From an uncultured Mycoplasma sp. (GTDB lineage Bacteria; Bacillota_I; Bacilli_A; RF39; UBA660): a stretch of DNA of 64,000 bases. The position numbers and the translations under genes were made by a program. A model generated the notes under the pieces. The model did no database searches. It was given only the letters and a program-made list of their open reading frames with translations, and was not told the DNA's origin. Shown in pieces: positions 21,220 to 31,653 of this stretch. Position 1 is the stretch's first letter. Every line of letters starts with the position of its first letter. Location: contig CANRTI010000003.1 of the NCBI GenBank assembly GCA_947642635.1, positions 7,759-71,758 on the forward strand, in the 5' to 3' direction.

Positions 21220-21944
21220 TTCAATTTATCCTCTTGATTTTTTTCAACTTTATAATAGTACAAAATGTAAATTACTGATAATAAAAAAGCAAATTGCATT
21301 ATAGTAGCAGTAATTTCCAAAGAAAAATTAGAAAATGGGACAATTTCAAAATATCTACTTGTTATAATAGGCGCCTCAAAAATATCAGTAATAATTCCTG
21401 AAAATAACACTGGAAAATATAACGAGGATATAATGAAAACGATAAACATTCCAGAAATAGTTGGATGAAAATTTAAACGGATAAGATAAAAAATTATTGA
21501 TAAAAATATAGATATTATAAAAACTCGCAAATAATATAAAAATACAAATAACCAAATTGGGATATTATAATAAATATAATTATAAATTTCAAAATTTCCT
21601 TTTGTAACTATTAAAGATCCTATAATTACAGAAAATATAGTAATCACAAATAATAAAACATTAATTTTTATGATATTTTTAATTATGTCTTTTATGTAAC
21701 TGCTTAAATTATATTGTCTTAATAATATATTAGAAGAATGATTTTTTTTGTATAATTCATCTATGAAAATAATAATTCCTATTAAATAGAATAATATAAA
21801 TGATGAATTTGAAACTGTGCTAATCATTTTCCATAAAACATCTGTTTTAATTGATGCTGAATATATCCCAATTAAAGCACCGAGTAAACATGAAATTATA
21901 GAAATTATTATTTTTTTATTATTTAAATATTTAGTAAATTTCAT
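21216..21944 (-). CDS. Membrane protein (ABC permease-like)
   Basis: About 6 TM helices; adjacent to the ABC ATPase. Confidence 0.7.
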   Translation of the reverse strand: MKFTKYLNNKKIIISIISCLLGALIGIYSASIKTDVLWKMISTVSNSSFILFYLIGIIIFIDELYKKNHSSNILLRQYNLSSYIKDIIKNIIKINVLLFVITIFSVIIGSLIVTKGNFEIYNYIYYNIPIWLFVFLYYLRVFIISIFLSIIFYLIRLNFHPTISGMFIVFIISSLYFPVLFSGIITDIFEAPIITSRYFEIVPFSNFSLEITATIMQFAFLLSVIYILYYYKVEKNQEDKLK

Positions 21945-21961
21945 TCAACAATATTCCCTTC

Positions 21962-22606
21962 TCAATTAGATAGCTCTTTTATTTCAATGTTTCCATTGTC
22001 AAAATAATAAAGTATATCTGATAGTTTCTCTAAATCTTCCTTAATATGTGTTGAAATAATTATTATTTTTCCTTTTTTCTTTTCTTCTAATAAGTAATTA
22101 GTAATTTTTTTAACACTTGTATTTTCTATGCCATTAAATGGTTCATCCAATATTAACACATGTGGATTTTCCATTATGGCTTGGGCAATACCTAATTTTT
22201 GTTTCATTCCTAAAGAGTAATTTGAATACTTTTTATCTTTTTCTTCAATTATATTAACAATTTCCATGGCTTTATAAATATCTTCATCACTTATTTTGTT
22301 TTGAATTTTAGCTAACAACTTTAAATTTTCAAAACCGCTTAAATCTGGAAAAAAACAAGGTTTCTCAATTAAAGCTCTCAAAGACGGCACAAACATATTT
22401 GAATGATTATAATTCTTATTATCAAATAGAATTTCCCCTTCATTTGGAGCATATATTCCACAAATAATTTTTAAAAGCACACTTTTTCCTGAACCATTTC
22501 TACCACTGAAACCATAAATTTTTCCATCCTCAAAAGTCATATTAATATTTTTCAAAATATAATTATTTTTAAATTTTTTTCCTACATTCTTAACCTCTAT
22601 TTTCAT
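21962..22606 (-). CDS. ABC transporter ATP-binding protein
   Basis: GRNGSGKS, YSLGMKQKL, LILDEPFNG, H-loop STH. Confidence 0.95.
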   Translation of the reverse strand: MKIEVKNVGKKFKNNYILKNINMTFEDGKIYGFSGRNGSGKSVLLKIICGIYAPNEGEILFDNKNYNHSNMFVPSLRALIEKPCFFPDLSGFENLKLLAKIQNKISDEDIYKAMEIVNIIEEKDKKYSNYSLGMKQKLGIAQAIMENPHVLILDEPFNGIENTSVKKITNYLLEEKKKGKIIIISTHIKEDLEKLSDILYYFDNGNIEIKELSN

Positions 22607-22614
22607 AATTCCTC

Positions 22615-23523
22615 CTAATTATTTTTTTCACAGTCAATTACTAATTTTTCAAAATTTTTATAACTAAAATAAACTATTATACTTGTAATAATTAACAAAA
22701 ATGTTGAAAATGTTAGTAACAATGGGATGCCATACGTATCATTAAATGTAAATAAATTTATGGTTAATAATAACGAACTATAATCCACTTTAAAAAGCAT
22801 GTTTAAAATTATTCCATTAACTATAACTTCAAAAAACAAATCCATTCCTAAATATATTAAAATAGATATAATTATCGCTCCAATATAATTGTGTATTTTT
22901 CTTGCTGCAATGAGACCAATATTAATATATACAATAGAATATATAAAAATATTTAAAATATACAATATGATAAATAAAAATGGTTTATAGACTATCGAAG
23001 AGCTCCAAATTGATGTACTATTTTCTAAACCGAATTTAGGAATAAAAGTTGTGTTAAATGCGCAAAATAATATTAGTACCAATGCAACTAAAGGCAATAA
23101 CCAAATATATTTATAAGATGTTTTAAAAAAGTCTATAAAAATATCTCTCTTACTTTCTCTTGGTACACAATTTATAATATACTTATTTTTTAATTTTTTG
23201 CAAACTCCAACTAATGTTGGAATAATCAATATTATAAAAGCTAAAGGATTTAACAATCTAACTCTTGTAACAATCATATTAGTCATTTTAGTATAAAAAT
23301 CAATCTGGACATTGGCACTATTTTTAACAATTTGGCAATATTCTATTATACTTTTATCTTCTGTATCTTTCCATTCATTTTCACATTTTTCTTTAACCTT
23401 TTTTGTTTCTGCAATCCCTATATTTTCATTTTTGACATATTGATTACAATTATAAAATAAGTATCCAAATATTATAATTGTAAAAATTATTATTAGCCAA
23501 TTATTTTTTATAAAATTTTTCAT
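22615..23523 (-). CDS. Membrane protein (ABC permease-like)
   Basis: Multi-TM with an extracellular loop. Confidence 0.7.
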   Translation of the reverse strand: MKNFIKNNWLIIIFTIIIFGYLFYNCNQYVKNENIGIAETKKVKEKCENEWKDTEDKSIIEYCQIVKNSANVQIDFYTKMTNMIVTRVRLLNPLAFIILIIPTLVGVCKKLKNKYIINCVPRESKRDIFIDFFKTSYKYIWLLPLVALVLILFCAFNTTFIPKFGLENSTSIWSSSIVYKPFLFIILYILNIFIYSIVYINIGLIAARKIHNYIGAIIISILIYLGMDLFFEVIVNGIILNMLFKVDYSSLLLTINLFTFNDTYGIPLLLTFSTFLLIITSIIVYFSYKNFEKLVIDCEKNN

Positions 23524-23571
23524 ATATTTGCTCCTTTTTAAAATTTAGCGAGAAAATTTGGAAGTTTTTAA

Positions 23572-23991
23572 TTATACAGTTAAATACCAAATAAAATCAG
23601 CAGCTGTTTTTAATAAAGAAAAATCAAGTCTTTGGGCTTGCAATTCATATCTTCCAGCACCATATATGGTTGCATCATTAGTAGCAAATCTTTTCGTTTG
23701 TCCACTTTTTAATGTAATTACATTTGATTTATAACCACTTGCAGTGTTTTCTACTTGAAACCATAATTCACAATTTGGACAAGGATTTGTCATAGATGTT
23801 GATGCTTTTACTAAATTAACAGATTGATCTCCAGGATTTTTCTTAGTTTGTGTAGTTAAAGTAGTAAATTTTGACATTTCAATTATTTGTGGCACACATA
23901 AATATACCGATTCTACTGCTTTAACTCCTACTGATGTAATTACAAACATAAAAGCTAAAGCAACTAGCAATGTTTTATAAGTTTTTTTCAT
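23572..23991 (-). CDS. Secreted small protein heading the ABC operon
   Basis: Signal peptide ending VKA; CPNC motif; RBS GGAG. Confidence 0.7.
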   Translation of the reverse strand: MKKTYKTLLVALAFMFVITSVGVKAVESVYLCVPQIIEMSKFTTLTTQTKKNPGDQSVNLVKASTSMTNPCPNCELWFQVENTASGYKSNVITLKSGQTKRFATNDATIYGAGRYELQAQRLDFSLLKTAADFIWYLTV

Positions 23992-24193
23992 ATTATTTCT
24001 CCATTCTATTTACCAAATTTTCTCACTTACATTCTAACATTTTAAAAAACCTCTAACAATGTCATTGCACTACCGTTGATAATACCGAAGAGATTGGCGT
24101 AAAATTATATCAATATAATTATACTATAATAAGTATTTTTAATAAATAAAATTTATAATGGAAGTGTGTTTTTTCAAAAAGTTTTACACATAG

Positions 24194-24236
24194 AAATAAT
24201 AAAAGAGGATATTAAAAATATTTAGTTATTTTCTAA
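24194..24236. repeat. 43-bp direct repeat, right copy (part of the AAGAGG...CCTCTT hairpin after comEC)
   Basis: 41/43 identical to 20671-20713. Confidence 0.85.
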
Positions 24237-24279
24237 TACCCTCTTAAATCTATATAAACATTATATAATGTATTATATT

Positions 24280-26319
24280 TTATGGTTCATAAGTAGTAAT
24301 TGTGTAGTTGTTTTTATTAATTGTAATTTCAATAGTACCACTTTCTTGAGTATTTAAATAAGAAATGTTTAATTTTTCTAATGTTTTAATCGTTTCTTTG
24401 GATGGATGATGGTATAAATTGTTGCGACCACTAGAAATAATGGCTTTTTTTAAATTAAAATTTTTTAAAAATTTCTCTCCACTACTTGTTTTGGAACCAT
24501 GGTGGCCTAGTTTTAAAAAATCACATTTAATATTATAATCATCAATCAATTGTAGCTCCACTTCCTTAGGACTATCGCCCATATAAAGAAAATGATAGTT
24601 AAAAATATCAAAATAAGTAATTTGACTACTATAATTTTCATCAGAATTATAATAATCATTAATATTTTTATAATTAAAATATTTACTTTGGTAATCCATA
24701 ACAATATGTCCTACTTTGCTTATTTCTTGTTCTAATAAATTATAGTTTCCTTTATTTAGTATTATATTATTAATTGAATATTTTTTTAAAATATTGATGG
24801 TTTCCTTAGCATGATCGGCATCTCCATGAGAGATAATTAATAAATCAATCTTTTTAATTCCTAAACTTTTTAAAAATAATATAACATTATTGGAAACATG
24901 ATAATCACTATTTAGAGCGCCACCTGTATCAATCATTATAACTTCTTTTCGAAAAGGAGAAATTAAGATACTACAATCTCCTTGCCCAACATCTAAATAA
25001 TAAACATGATAATTTTTATCCATAGGAGAAATAAAAATGTGAATAGGAATAAGAAGAAACATGGCTGTTAAATATATTTTATTAAGTTTTTTAGTATAAA
25101 GAAATAAAAATGTGTAATAAAGAGTTATAACTATTATGGGAATTTTAGGAATTATTAAGTTCAATTTCCAAGAATAAAGGAAATTATTTAAATACTCTAA
25201 AATTATTAAACAAAAACTTAAGATTGGTTCTAAGAAGGAAAAGCCAAAAGTTAAAATACTTAATGGAAAAACTATTAAAGAAATAAAAGGAACAAAAATA
25301 ATATTTAAAATTAAACTTAAAAAATTTATTTCATAATTAAGATTTACTGTAATAGGAAGACTAACAATAAATGCTAAAAGACTAATTTTAAATATTTTAG
25401 TTAAATAATTTCCAGTTAGATGTTTACTCCATGTCATAATACTAAAAGTAATTAAAAAAGAATATTGAAAACCATTGTTATAAATCATAAAGGGATTAAT
25501 AATTAAAATAGTAAAAGCAACTAAAAATAAAATTTTTCTATTATCTAGAGATAACTTAAATAAATGACATAAATTTTTAAAAAAATAGAAAAATGTAGCC
25601 CGTAAAACAGAAGCTGAAAAATTAGTTAAAAACATAAAATAACTTAAGACAATACTAATAATAATTGGCGATATTTTAAAGCGTTTTAAAACTTTATCTA
25701 AAACTAAAATAATTAAGCCAATATGCATACCAGAAACTGCAAATAAATGCCATATGCCATTAGTACGATATTGTTCATATGTTTCACTTTCTAAAAAATC
25801 TTTATCACCTAAAATAAATAAATTTAAATAACTTCTACTAAGATTATCGTAATTAGATACTCTTTTAATAATTTTATTTTTTATTTGATAGAAAATATTT
25901 TCTTTGCTAGTAATTTTAATATCTTTTACTTTATATGCTAAATAAATTTTATTATTATATAAATATTTTTGATAATTGAAAGTATTGGGAATAGTATTTT
26001 TATTAATTTTAGTTGGTTCACCAAAAACTTGAACTTTTTTCCCTAAAAGATCGGTTACTTTATATATAATATTTTTACTATAATAACTACATTTTATTTT
26101 TTCAGTATTTTTTAAAATAAAACTAATTTGATTATTTTTAATCGAAACATCGGTAATAATTCCTTCAATAGAAGAACTATCATAATATTTTGTATTATAT
26201 TTAATTACAACTGTTTTTAACAAAACCCAAATAAACAGCACAAGAAAGAGGAATAAGTAAAAGAGTTTAGACTGTAATATTGTCTTTAATCTTTGCAAAC
26301 AATGCATCGCCAATACCAC
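24280..26319 (-). CDS. comEC: DNA internalization competence protein ComEC/Rec2
   Basis: HLFAVSGMH, SVLRA, GFQYSF, LDVGQGD, SHGDADH and GHHGSKTSS motifs. Confidence 0.95.
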   Translation of the reverse strand: MVLAMHCLQRLKTILQSKLFYLFLFLVLFIWVLLKTVVIKYNTKYYDSSSIEGIITDVSIKNNQISFILKNTEKIKCSYYSKNIIYKVTDLLGKKVQVFGEPTKINKNTIPNTFNYQKYLYNNKIYLAYKVKDIKITSKENIFYQIKNKIIKRVSNYDNLSRSYLNLFILGDKDFLESETYEQYRTNGIWHLFAVSGMHIGLIILVLDKVLKRFKISPIIISIVLSYFMFLTNFSASVLRATFFYFFKNLCHLFKLSLDNRKILFLVAFTILIINPFMIYNNGFQYSFLITFSIMTWSKHLTGNYLTKIFKISLLAFIVSLPITVNLNYEINFLSLILNIIFVPFISLIVFPLSILTFGFSFLEPILSFCLIILEYLNNFLYSWKLNLIIPKIPIIVITLYYTFLFLYTKKLNKIYLTAMFLLIPIHIFISPMDKNYHVYYLDVGQGDCSILISPFRKEVIMIDTGGALNSDYHVSNNVILFLKSLGIKKIDLLIISHGDADHAKETINILKKYSINNIILNKGNYNLLEQEISKVGHIVMDYQSKYFNYKNINDYYNSDENYSSQITYFDIFNYHFLYMGDSPKEVELQLIDDYNIKCDFLKLGHHGSKTSSGEKFLKNFNLKKAIISSGRNNLYHHPSKETIKTLEKLNISYLNTQESGTIEITINKNNYTITTYEP

Positions 26320-26995
26320 TTACATTTTTAATGTCTTCAATAGTTTTAAAATTACCATTACTAGTACGATAATTAATTATATCATTAGCTTTAGCTTCAC
26401 CAATTCCTGATAATTTAATTAGTTCATTAGCACTAGCAGTATTAATATTAATTAAAATGGTTTCAGTATTAGTATCGCTTTTACTTGGTTCATTTTTATC
26501 AAAAACTGTATCTTTATCACTAGCAATAATTTCACTAGAAAAATTATCAGTACAATTTCCTATGTCATAAGTTGCACATTCACAAGGTTTTACTACTTCA
26601 ACTATTTTAGTTTTTTTATATTCTGTCTTATTATAAATATAAACAACTAATTCATTAGATACTTTTCTACTCAAATTAATATTATTAGTATAAGCATTTT
26701 TAGTAAAACCACCAGCAACTTTAATAAGGTCATTTATAATATTGTTGGAATTCATTTCATAAACGCCAGGACTTTTAACAGCACCTTTAATTTCGACAAA
26801 AAAAGTGGGAATTTCTTCTTTGACATTCGTATTTTCAGCAGTAGCTAGAGATTTATTAGTGGTAGAAGAAGGACATTGATAAGTTTGGTATTTATAAATC
26901 ATAAAACCACTAAAGATGCCAAAGAGTACATTTAAACTAATACTAATTATAAGAATGACTAATTTTTTATTTTCCCAAAATTCTAAAAAATTCAT
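26267..26995 (-). CDS. comEA: Competence DNA receptor ComEA
   Basis: TM, SLBB (VEIKGAVKSPGVY), HhH (ININTAS...GIGEAKA...GIG). Confidence 0.93.
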   Translation of the reverse strand: MNFLEFWENKKLVILIISISLNVLFGIFSGFMIYKYQTYQCPSSTTNKSLATAENTNVKEEIPTFFVEIKGAVKSPGVYEMNSNNIINDLIKVAGGFTKNAYTNNINLSRKVSNELVVYIYNKTEYKKTKIVEVVKPCECATYDIGNCTDNFSSEIIASDKDTVFDKNEPSKSDTNTETILININTASANELIKLSGIGEAKANDIINYRTSNGNFKTIEDIKNVSGIGDALFAKIKDNITV

Positions 26996-27075
26996 ATTTT
27001 ACCTCCTTTCACTATTATTTATACGCAGTGAAAGGCCGATTTCCTTTTTTTAGAAGTAATTTTTATAAAAAAATA

Positions 27076-28242
27076 TTAATTTGCTAATTTTTTTAATTCT
27101 AATTTGTACTTAGTTGTTTTATTTTCAATGGCAACTCGTTCTGTAATAAAAATCATCGCCACAAAGTTGATAGTTGATGATCCACCATAGCTAAGAAGCG
27201 GAAGAGGAACACCAGTTAATGGTAAAATGGCAAGCATTCCCGATAAATTAATTATTATATGGAAAACAAATAACCAAAATGTTCCGTAAGCTAACATAGA
27301 ATTTCGTAAATTATAAGCTTCTTTAGCAATTTTTAAAATGCGATATAATAAAAGACCATAAATAATTAAAACAGCTATTCCTGCTAATAAACCTAATTCT
27401 TCAATAAGAATGGCAAAAATAAAATCTGTATGACTTTCAGGTAAATACATATACTTTTGTGTACTATTACCAATCCCTACCCCAGTTAAACCACCATTGT
27501 TAATTGCAATATACCCATTACAAACTTGGTAACCTGTTTTTTCTTTATATCTTTGACATGGATTTTGGAATTGAAAACGACTCATTTGCTCACTATTTAA
27601 TATTTCAGCACCACTATAAAGTAGGACTAAAACTGATAGGATACCACCAATCCCAACAATCATAATAATTTTTGGAAGAATGCTTTTTTTCATTGGAACA
27701 CTTAAAAATAGACAAAAAGCAATTGCCAAAAGAATTGCTGCACTACCAAAATCGGGTTGCATTAATATTAAAACTCCTAAGACTAGTGCTACTGATAAAG
27801 GAATTAAATATAAATATATCTTACTAGATTTTTTTCTTATTAAAGTATTATAAAAAGAAGCCATAAATATTATAATACATGACTTAGCAAATTCTGCAGG
27901 TTGAATAGCAAAGCCAGTTCCTGGAATATAAAACCAACTTTGAACATGACTAGTAATACTACCATAAATAAGTAAAAGAATTAAAGCAACAATTATCCCA
28001 ATAATTAACAACCAAGAAATACTTTTATACCACTTAGTAGGAATACGCATTATAATTATCCCACCAATAAATGACACAACAAAAAATATCAGTTGCCGAA
28101 CAAAAAAGTAAGTGATATCTTTATCATACCTTAGGATTGCCGCCGCTGATGAAGCACTAAAAACCATAATTAAGCCAATCATACATAAAAGAATTGTCAA
28201 AATTAAAAGTGGTTTATCAATTTTAGAAAATATCTTATTCAT
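27076..28242 (-). CDS. ftsW: FtsW/RodA/SpoVE family SEDS protein
   Basis: MVFSAS, IQPAEFAK, QPDFG, LPESHTDFIF, GVPLPLLSYGGSS; exact paralog uncertain. Confidence 0.8.
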   Translation of the reverse strand: MNKIFSKIDKPLLILTILLCMIGLIMVFSASSAAAILRYDKDITYFFVRQLIFFVVSFIGGIIIMRIPTKWYKSISWLLIIGIIVALILLLIYGSITSHVQSWFYIPGTGFAIQPAEFAKSCIIIFMASFYNTLIRKKSSKIYLYLIPLSVALVLGVLILMQPDFGSAAILLAIAFCLFLSVPMKKSILPKIIMIVGIGGILSVLVLLYSGAEILNSEQMSRFQFQNPCQRYKEKTGYQVCNGYIAINNGGLTGVGIGNSTQKYMYLPESHTDFIFAILIEELGLLAGIAVLIIYGLLLYRILKIAKEAYNLRNSMLAYGTFWLFVFHIIINLSGMLAILPLTGVPLPLLSYGGSSTINFVAMIFITERVAIENKTTKYKLELKKLAN

Positions 28243-28352
28243 ATATTTATAATACCATAAAAAAAGCCAGATAAAAATAAATTATTAATTTTTTGATGTC
28301 AAAATATGACTATGATTAATAAAATATAATAGATACATAAAGGAGGTATAAT

Positions 28353-28550
28353 ATGTATTATTATGGAAATAATGGTTACTATGGTGGTAACTATGCTGCT
28401 TCTGCCCCTTGCTGTGGCGCTACCTATGCCGGATACACAAGTGGATATGGCTTAGGAGCTGCTATATGGATTGTATTATTTATTCTATTAGTTATCATAA
28501 TTGGCGCTGGCTGGTTTGGTAATAACAATAATAATCACAATTATAACTAA
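28353..28550 (+). CDS. YjcZ family small sporulation protein
   Basis: Gly/Tyr-rich N-terminus and IVLFILLVIIIG; RBS AAGGAGG. Confidence 0.8.
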   Translation: MYYYGNNGYYGGNYAASAPCCGATYAGYTSGYGLGAAIWIVLFILLVIIIGAGWFGNNNNNHNYN

Positions 28551-28567
28551 GGAGTTTTAGCTCCTTT

Positions 28568-28795
28568 TTATTTTAAATATTTTTCATATTCGGTTTTGTT
28601 ATAACCTAATTTTTTTAGCTTAGTTTTAAACTGTTTTAAAATTTTATTGTGTAAAATTTGATTGGTTTTCTCGATATCTTCTAATAATTTTTCTTCTGGA
28701 TAATTCATTAAATAACGAAGAAAATAAGTTTCAACGAATAATTCACTAAAATTATTAGTAATTTCTTCAATAAAATCTTGTGTGTTTTCTTTCAT
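28568..28795 (-). CDS. Hypothetical protein
   Basis: Start moved to MKENTQ after RBS GAGGGAG. Confidence 0.6.
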   Translation of the reverse strand: MKENTQDFIEEITNNFSELFVETYFLRYLMNYPEEKLLEDIEKTNQILHNKILKQFKTKLKKLGYNKTEYEKYLK

Positions 28796-28917
28796 AAAAA
28801 TCTCTCCCTCTACTATCTTTATACGATTTATTGTGGCAATTTCCTTTAAAAAAATGTAACAAATTAAAAAATGTGTAATATTATACACATTTTTGACAAT
28901 TCTTTAATAAAATATAA

Positions 28918-30015
28918 TCATTTTCTGAAATTAGGATTTTGAATTTTAGAATTGGTAATTAAATTAAAAATTTCATTAAAAACTAAGCTATTACTTATAA
29001 AAGTTCGTTCTATTTGAATATTAAGATTAGATGATTCAATTGTGGGAATAGTTATAAAATTAATACCAGTACTAACTTCGGCTATTTTGATAAAATAACG
29101 AATAAAGGTATTAGTTATGTTGTTTTGGATTGTTTCTTGGCTGCTAAGCATATCTTGAAAAGGCAGATCAGGATTTATCTTCATTCTTTGATATATAGCT
29201 ATTCTTTTAGCATTCCAACGCTCTACTAAAAAAGGTATTATTTCTAAAGAGGTATCTTTACTAAAAGCTAAAGCCATCATAGCTGCTAAGAAGTAATGCT
29301 CAGGAGCACCTTTAATTTTAGAAGTTACCCCCCCCCGAATTTTTTTCAGATATTCTTTTTCGCTATCTAAAGAATTAGAATCGCCTTTTTGAATTGCATA
29401 TAATTGATAATTAAAGCCCGTATTGCCGATATAAATTAATGGCAATGCTAATTTATAACCATCATCAAAGTGTAGATAACTTCTTATACGATAAGGTGTT
29501 TCGTTCTTGACTGAACATATTTCTTCGGCAACATGAATACTGGCACCAATACTTTCAATATATCCTAATTCCATTTTGCTATCATTATCAAGAATATTAT
29601 GGTCAAACATATTAATCCTAGAATTTAAAAAGCTAAGTGGGTTGGCAAAATCGTTAAAAGAGGCATTAGCAAATAAAGATGCTATTATATATTTAACTTG
29701 GTATGCTTTTTTTAAACTATCATTATTGGCAATTTCAAAGAAATCATTTAAAAAATTAAAATCATTGGGGTTATAAAATTCTAGAGCTTTTCTTACATAT
29801 TTAACCAGTAAAGAATCAAATAATTCTTTGTCAGTAACCTTTAAAGTAGGAATAATAATACTTTCATAAGGTAATTTTTCACATGTGCTAATCTCAGTAT
29901 TATTAATTATTAGATTAAATGCAATATTTAAAATCATACAACAATTAATTTTACCTTCTTTAGCTTCAGGAACAATTTGGCTATAAAAAATATTAATAAT
30001 TTGTATATCAGTCAT
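28918..30015 (-). CDS. Hypothetical protein
   Basis: 365-aa ORF, RBS GAGGAG; no recognised motif. Confidence 0.7.
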   Translation of the reverse strand: MTDIQIINIFYSQIVPEAKEGKINCCMILNIAFNLIINNTEISTCEKLPYESIIIPTLKVTDKELFDSLLVKYVRKALEFYNPNDFNFLNDFFEIANNDSLKKAYQVKYIIASLFANASFNDFANPLSFLNSRINMFDHNILDNDSKMELGYIESIGASIHVAEEICSVKNETPYRIRSYLHFDDGYKLALPLIYIGNTGFNYQLYAIQKGDSNSLDSEKEYLKKIRGGVTSKIKGAPEHYFLAAMMALAFSKDTSLEIIPFLVERWNAKRIAIYQRMKINPDLPFQDMLSSQETIQNNITNTFIRYFIKIAEVSTGINFITIPTIESSNLNIQIERTFISNSLVFNEIFNLITNSKIQNPNFRK

Positions 30016-30136
30016 AAATTCTCCTCTTTTATATTATAAATAAAATTATTTTGTAGATTAAAAAATAAATTATAATTATCTTTTTATTTTGATTGGTTCT
30101 TCTTTATAGACGCTTGTACTACTATCCGTTGGCATG

Positions 30137-30199
30137 AAAAATAGGGCTCTATCCTAGAATAGACCCCTTACAAAAATGATTTAACATTTTTTCCTTGCA
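30137..30199 (-). ncRNA. Putative small antitoxin RNA downstream of the Abi gene
   Basis: TTGACA(30233-30228)-17bp-TATATT(30210-30205) right after the Abi stop; hairpin AAAAATG/CATTTTT, then terminator AGGGGTCTAT/ATAGAGCCCT and a T-tract. Confidence 0.6.
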
Positions 30200-30234
30200 T
30201 AGATAATATATCACAAAATGATATCTATGTCAAA

Positions 30235-31231
30235 CTACTCATACAAAATTTCTTTATAATTTTTTTCGATTATTTTATCAAAATATTCATAAATAGATTT
30301 AAGTAGTCCATTATTATTATAGTATTTTCTATTAAGGATTATTCTTCTATAAAATAATTTGCTAATTTCGTGTTTAACATTATTTTTTACCCCTTCACTG
30401 CTTACAATTATATTAAATAGATAAAGAGTATATGTTATTTGTCTTATTCTTGAATTTTTCAGTTTATTATTTCTATTTTCTTTTCCTATACCACAATTTT
30501 TTAAATAATTAATAACTAAAGTATCTGGTCTAAAGTTGTTATCTTTTTTATTCAATTCAGATAACACACAAGAATTATGAGCAACTGCATTTCTAAGTTT
30601 ATTTACTTCTCTTAAAATAAATACATATCTATTATCTTCTAAATTATAATTTTGAGTAAAGAATTCAAAAAAATTGATTAATTCTCCGAAAGTAATTATT
30701 TCTAAAAATTCCCATATTGGAATATTTTCAAGTTTTTTATCTTTGTCTAAATCATATTTTGAAAATATTTTTTGATAGTATTCATTAGAAACTTTTTTCA
30801 TGATATTATCATGTAATCTTTTAGGAAACTTCATCATTATAATCCTTATCAAAATATAAGTTTACAATGTTATAGCCATCTTCAAATTCTAATTCTTCTA
30901 TACTATTTAATATTTTTATTTTTAAATAATGTTCAATATCTATTATTATTTTAAATAATACAATTCTAGTTCTATAATCAATAATAGACAAATCTTTTAA
31001 ATATGCAAAATCTAAATCAATGTATTTGCCTTTTAATTCACCACATGGATATTTAAAAAAATTATTTTTATATGAAATTACATTGAAATAATTGTTATTT
31101 TCTTTAAGATATTTTTCTGCTTCTTTCGCTAAACATTCTTCAAACTTAATATTTTTTTCTTTTAAATATGGAACCATTTCAGAAATTTTTAACATTGGTT
31201 TTAGAGTATTTGGTATAAATTTATTAATCAT
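30235..31231 (-). pseudogene. Abi family (Abi_2, AbiD/AbiF-like HEPN) protein split by a frameshift near 30832
   Basis: N-part KPML.I.E.V..LKEKNIKF...NNYF...Y...DF..L..L..ID...R...IEH; C-part IPIWEFLEIITFGEL and HEPN LRNAVAHN. Confidence 0.85.
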
Positions 31232-31411
31232 GCTATCACCTTTTTATGAAAAATATTATAATCATTATTTATTATTATAAAGTAGTAAATTAACTTAAAA
31301 ATTTTACATGTACATCTTAAAATAAAGAATTTTAATTATAAATTAAACTTTTTAAATAAAATAAAATTATTTTAGTTTAAAAAATTTATTACATCTCAAT
31401 AAATAATATAA

Positions 31412-31552
31412 TAGCACAAAGCAAAAGAAAACTCCATCTCACGATGAAGCGATTCTACATTTTCAACCAGGATCATTTATTAGTCACACCACCTGGAAGC
31501 GAAAAACATTTGTAGGTAACTGCTTGTACACTACTTTTGTTTTTGTTGGCTA
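31412..31552 (-). ncRNA. Rod-shaped structured RNA, 6S RNA candidate
   Basis: Intergenic and GC-enriched; nested complementary blocks (TAGC..ACAAA..CAAAAG/CTTTTG.TTTGT..GCTA; CTACA/TGTAG; CCAGG/CCTGG) around an unpaired bubble; strand uncertain. Confidence 0.5.
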
Positions 31553-31653
31553 AAATAACTTATATCACCATTAATGTTTAAAAACACCTAAATTCTAGGT
31601 AAATTGACTTAATACTTCGTAATTTTATAAACACTTTGTAGATTAAAAAGCAA

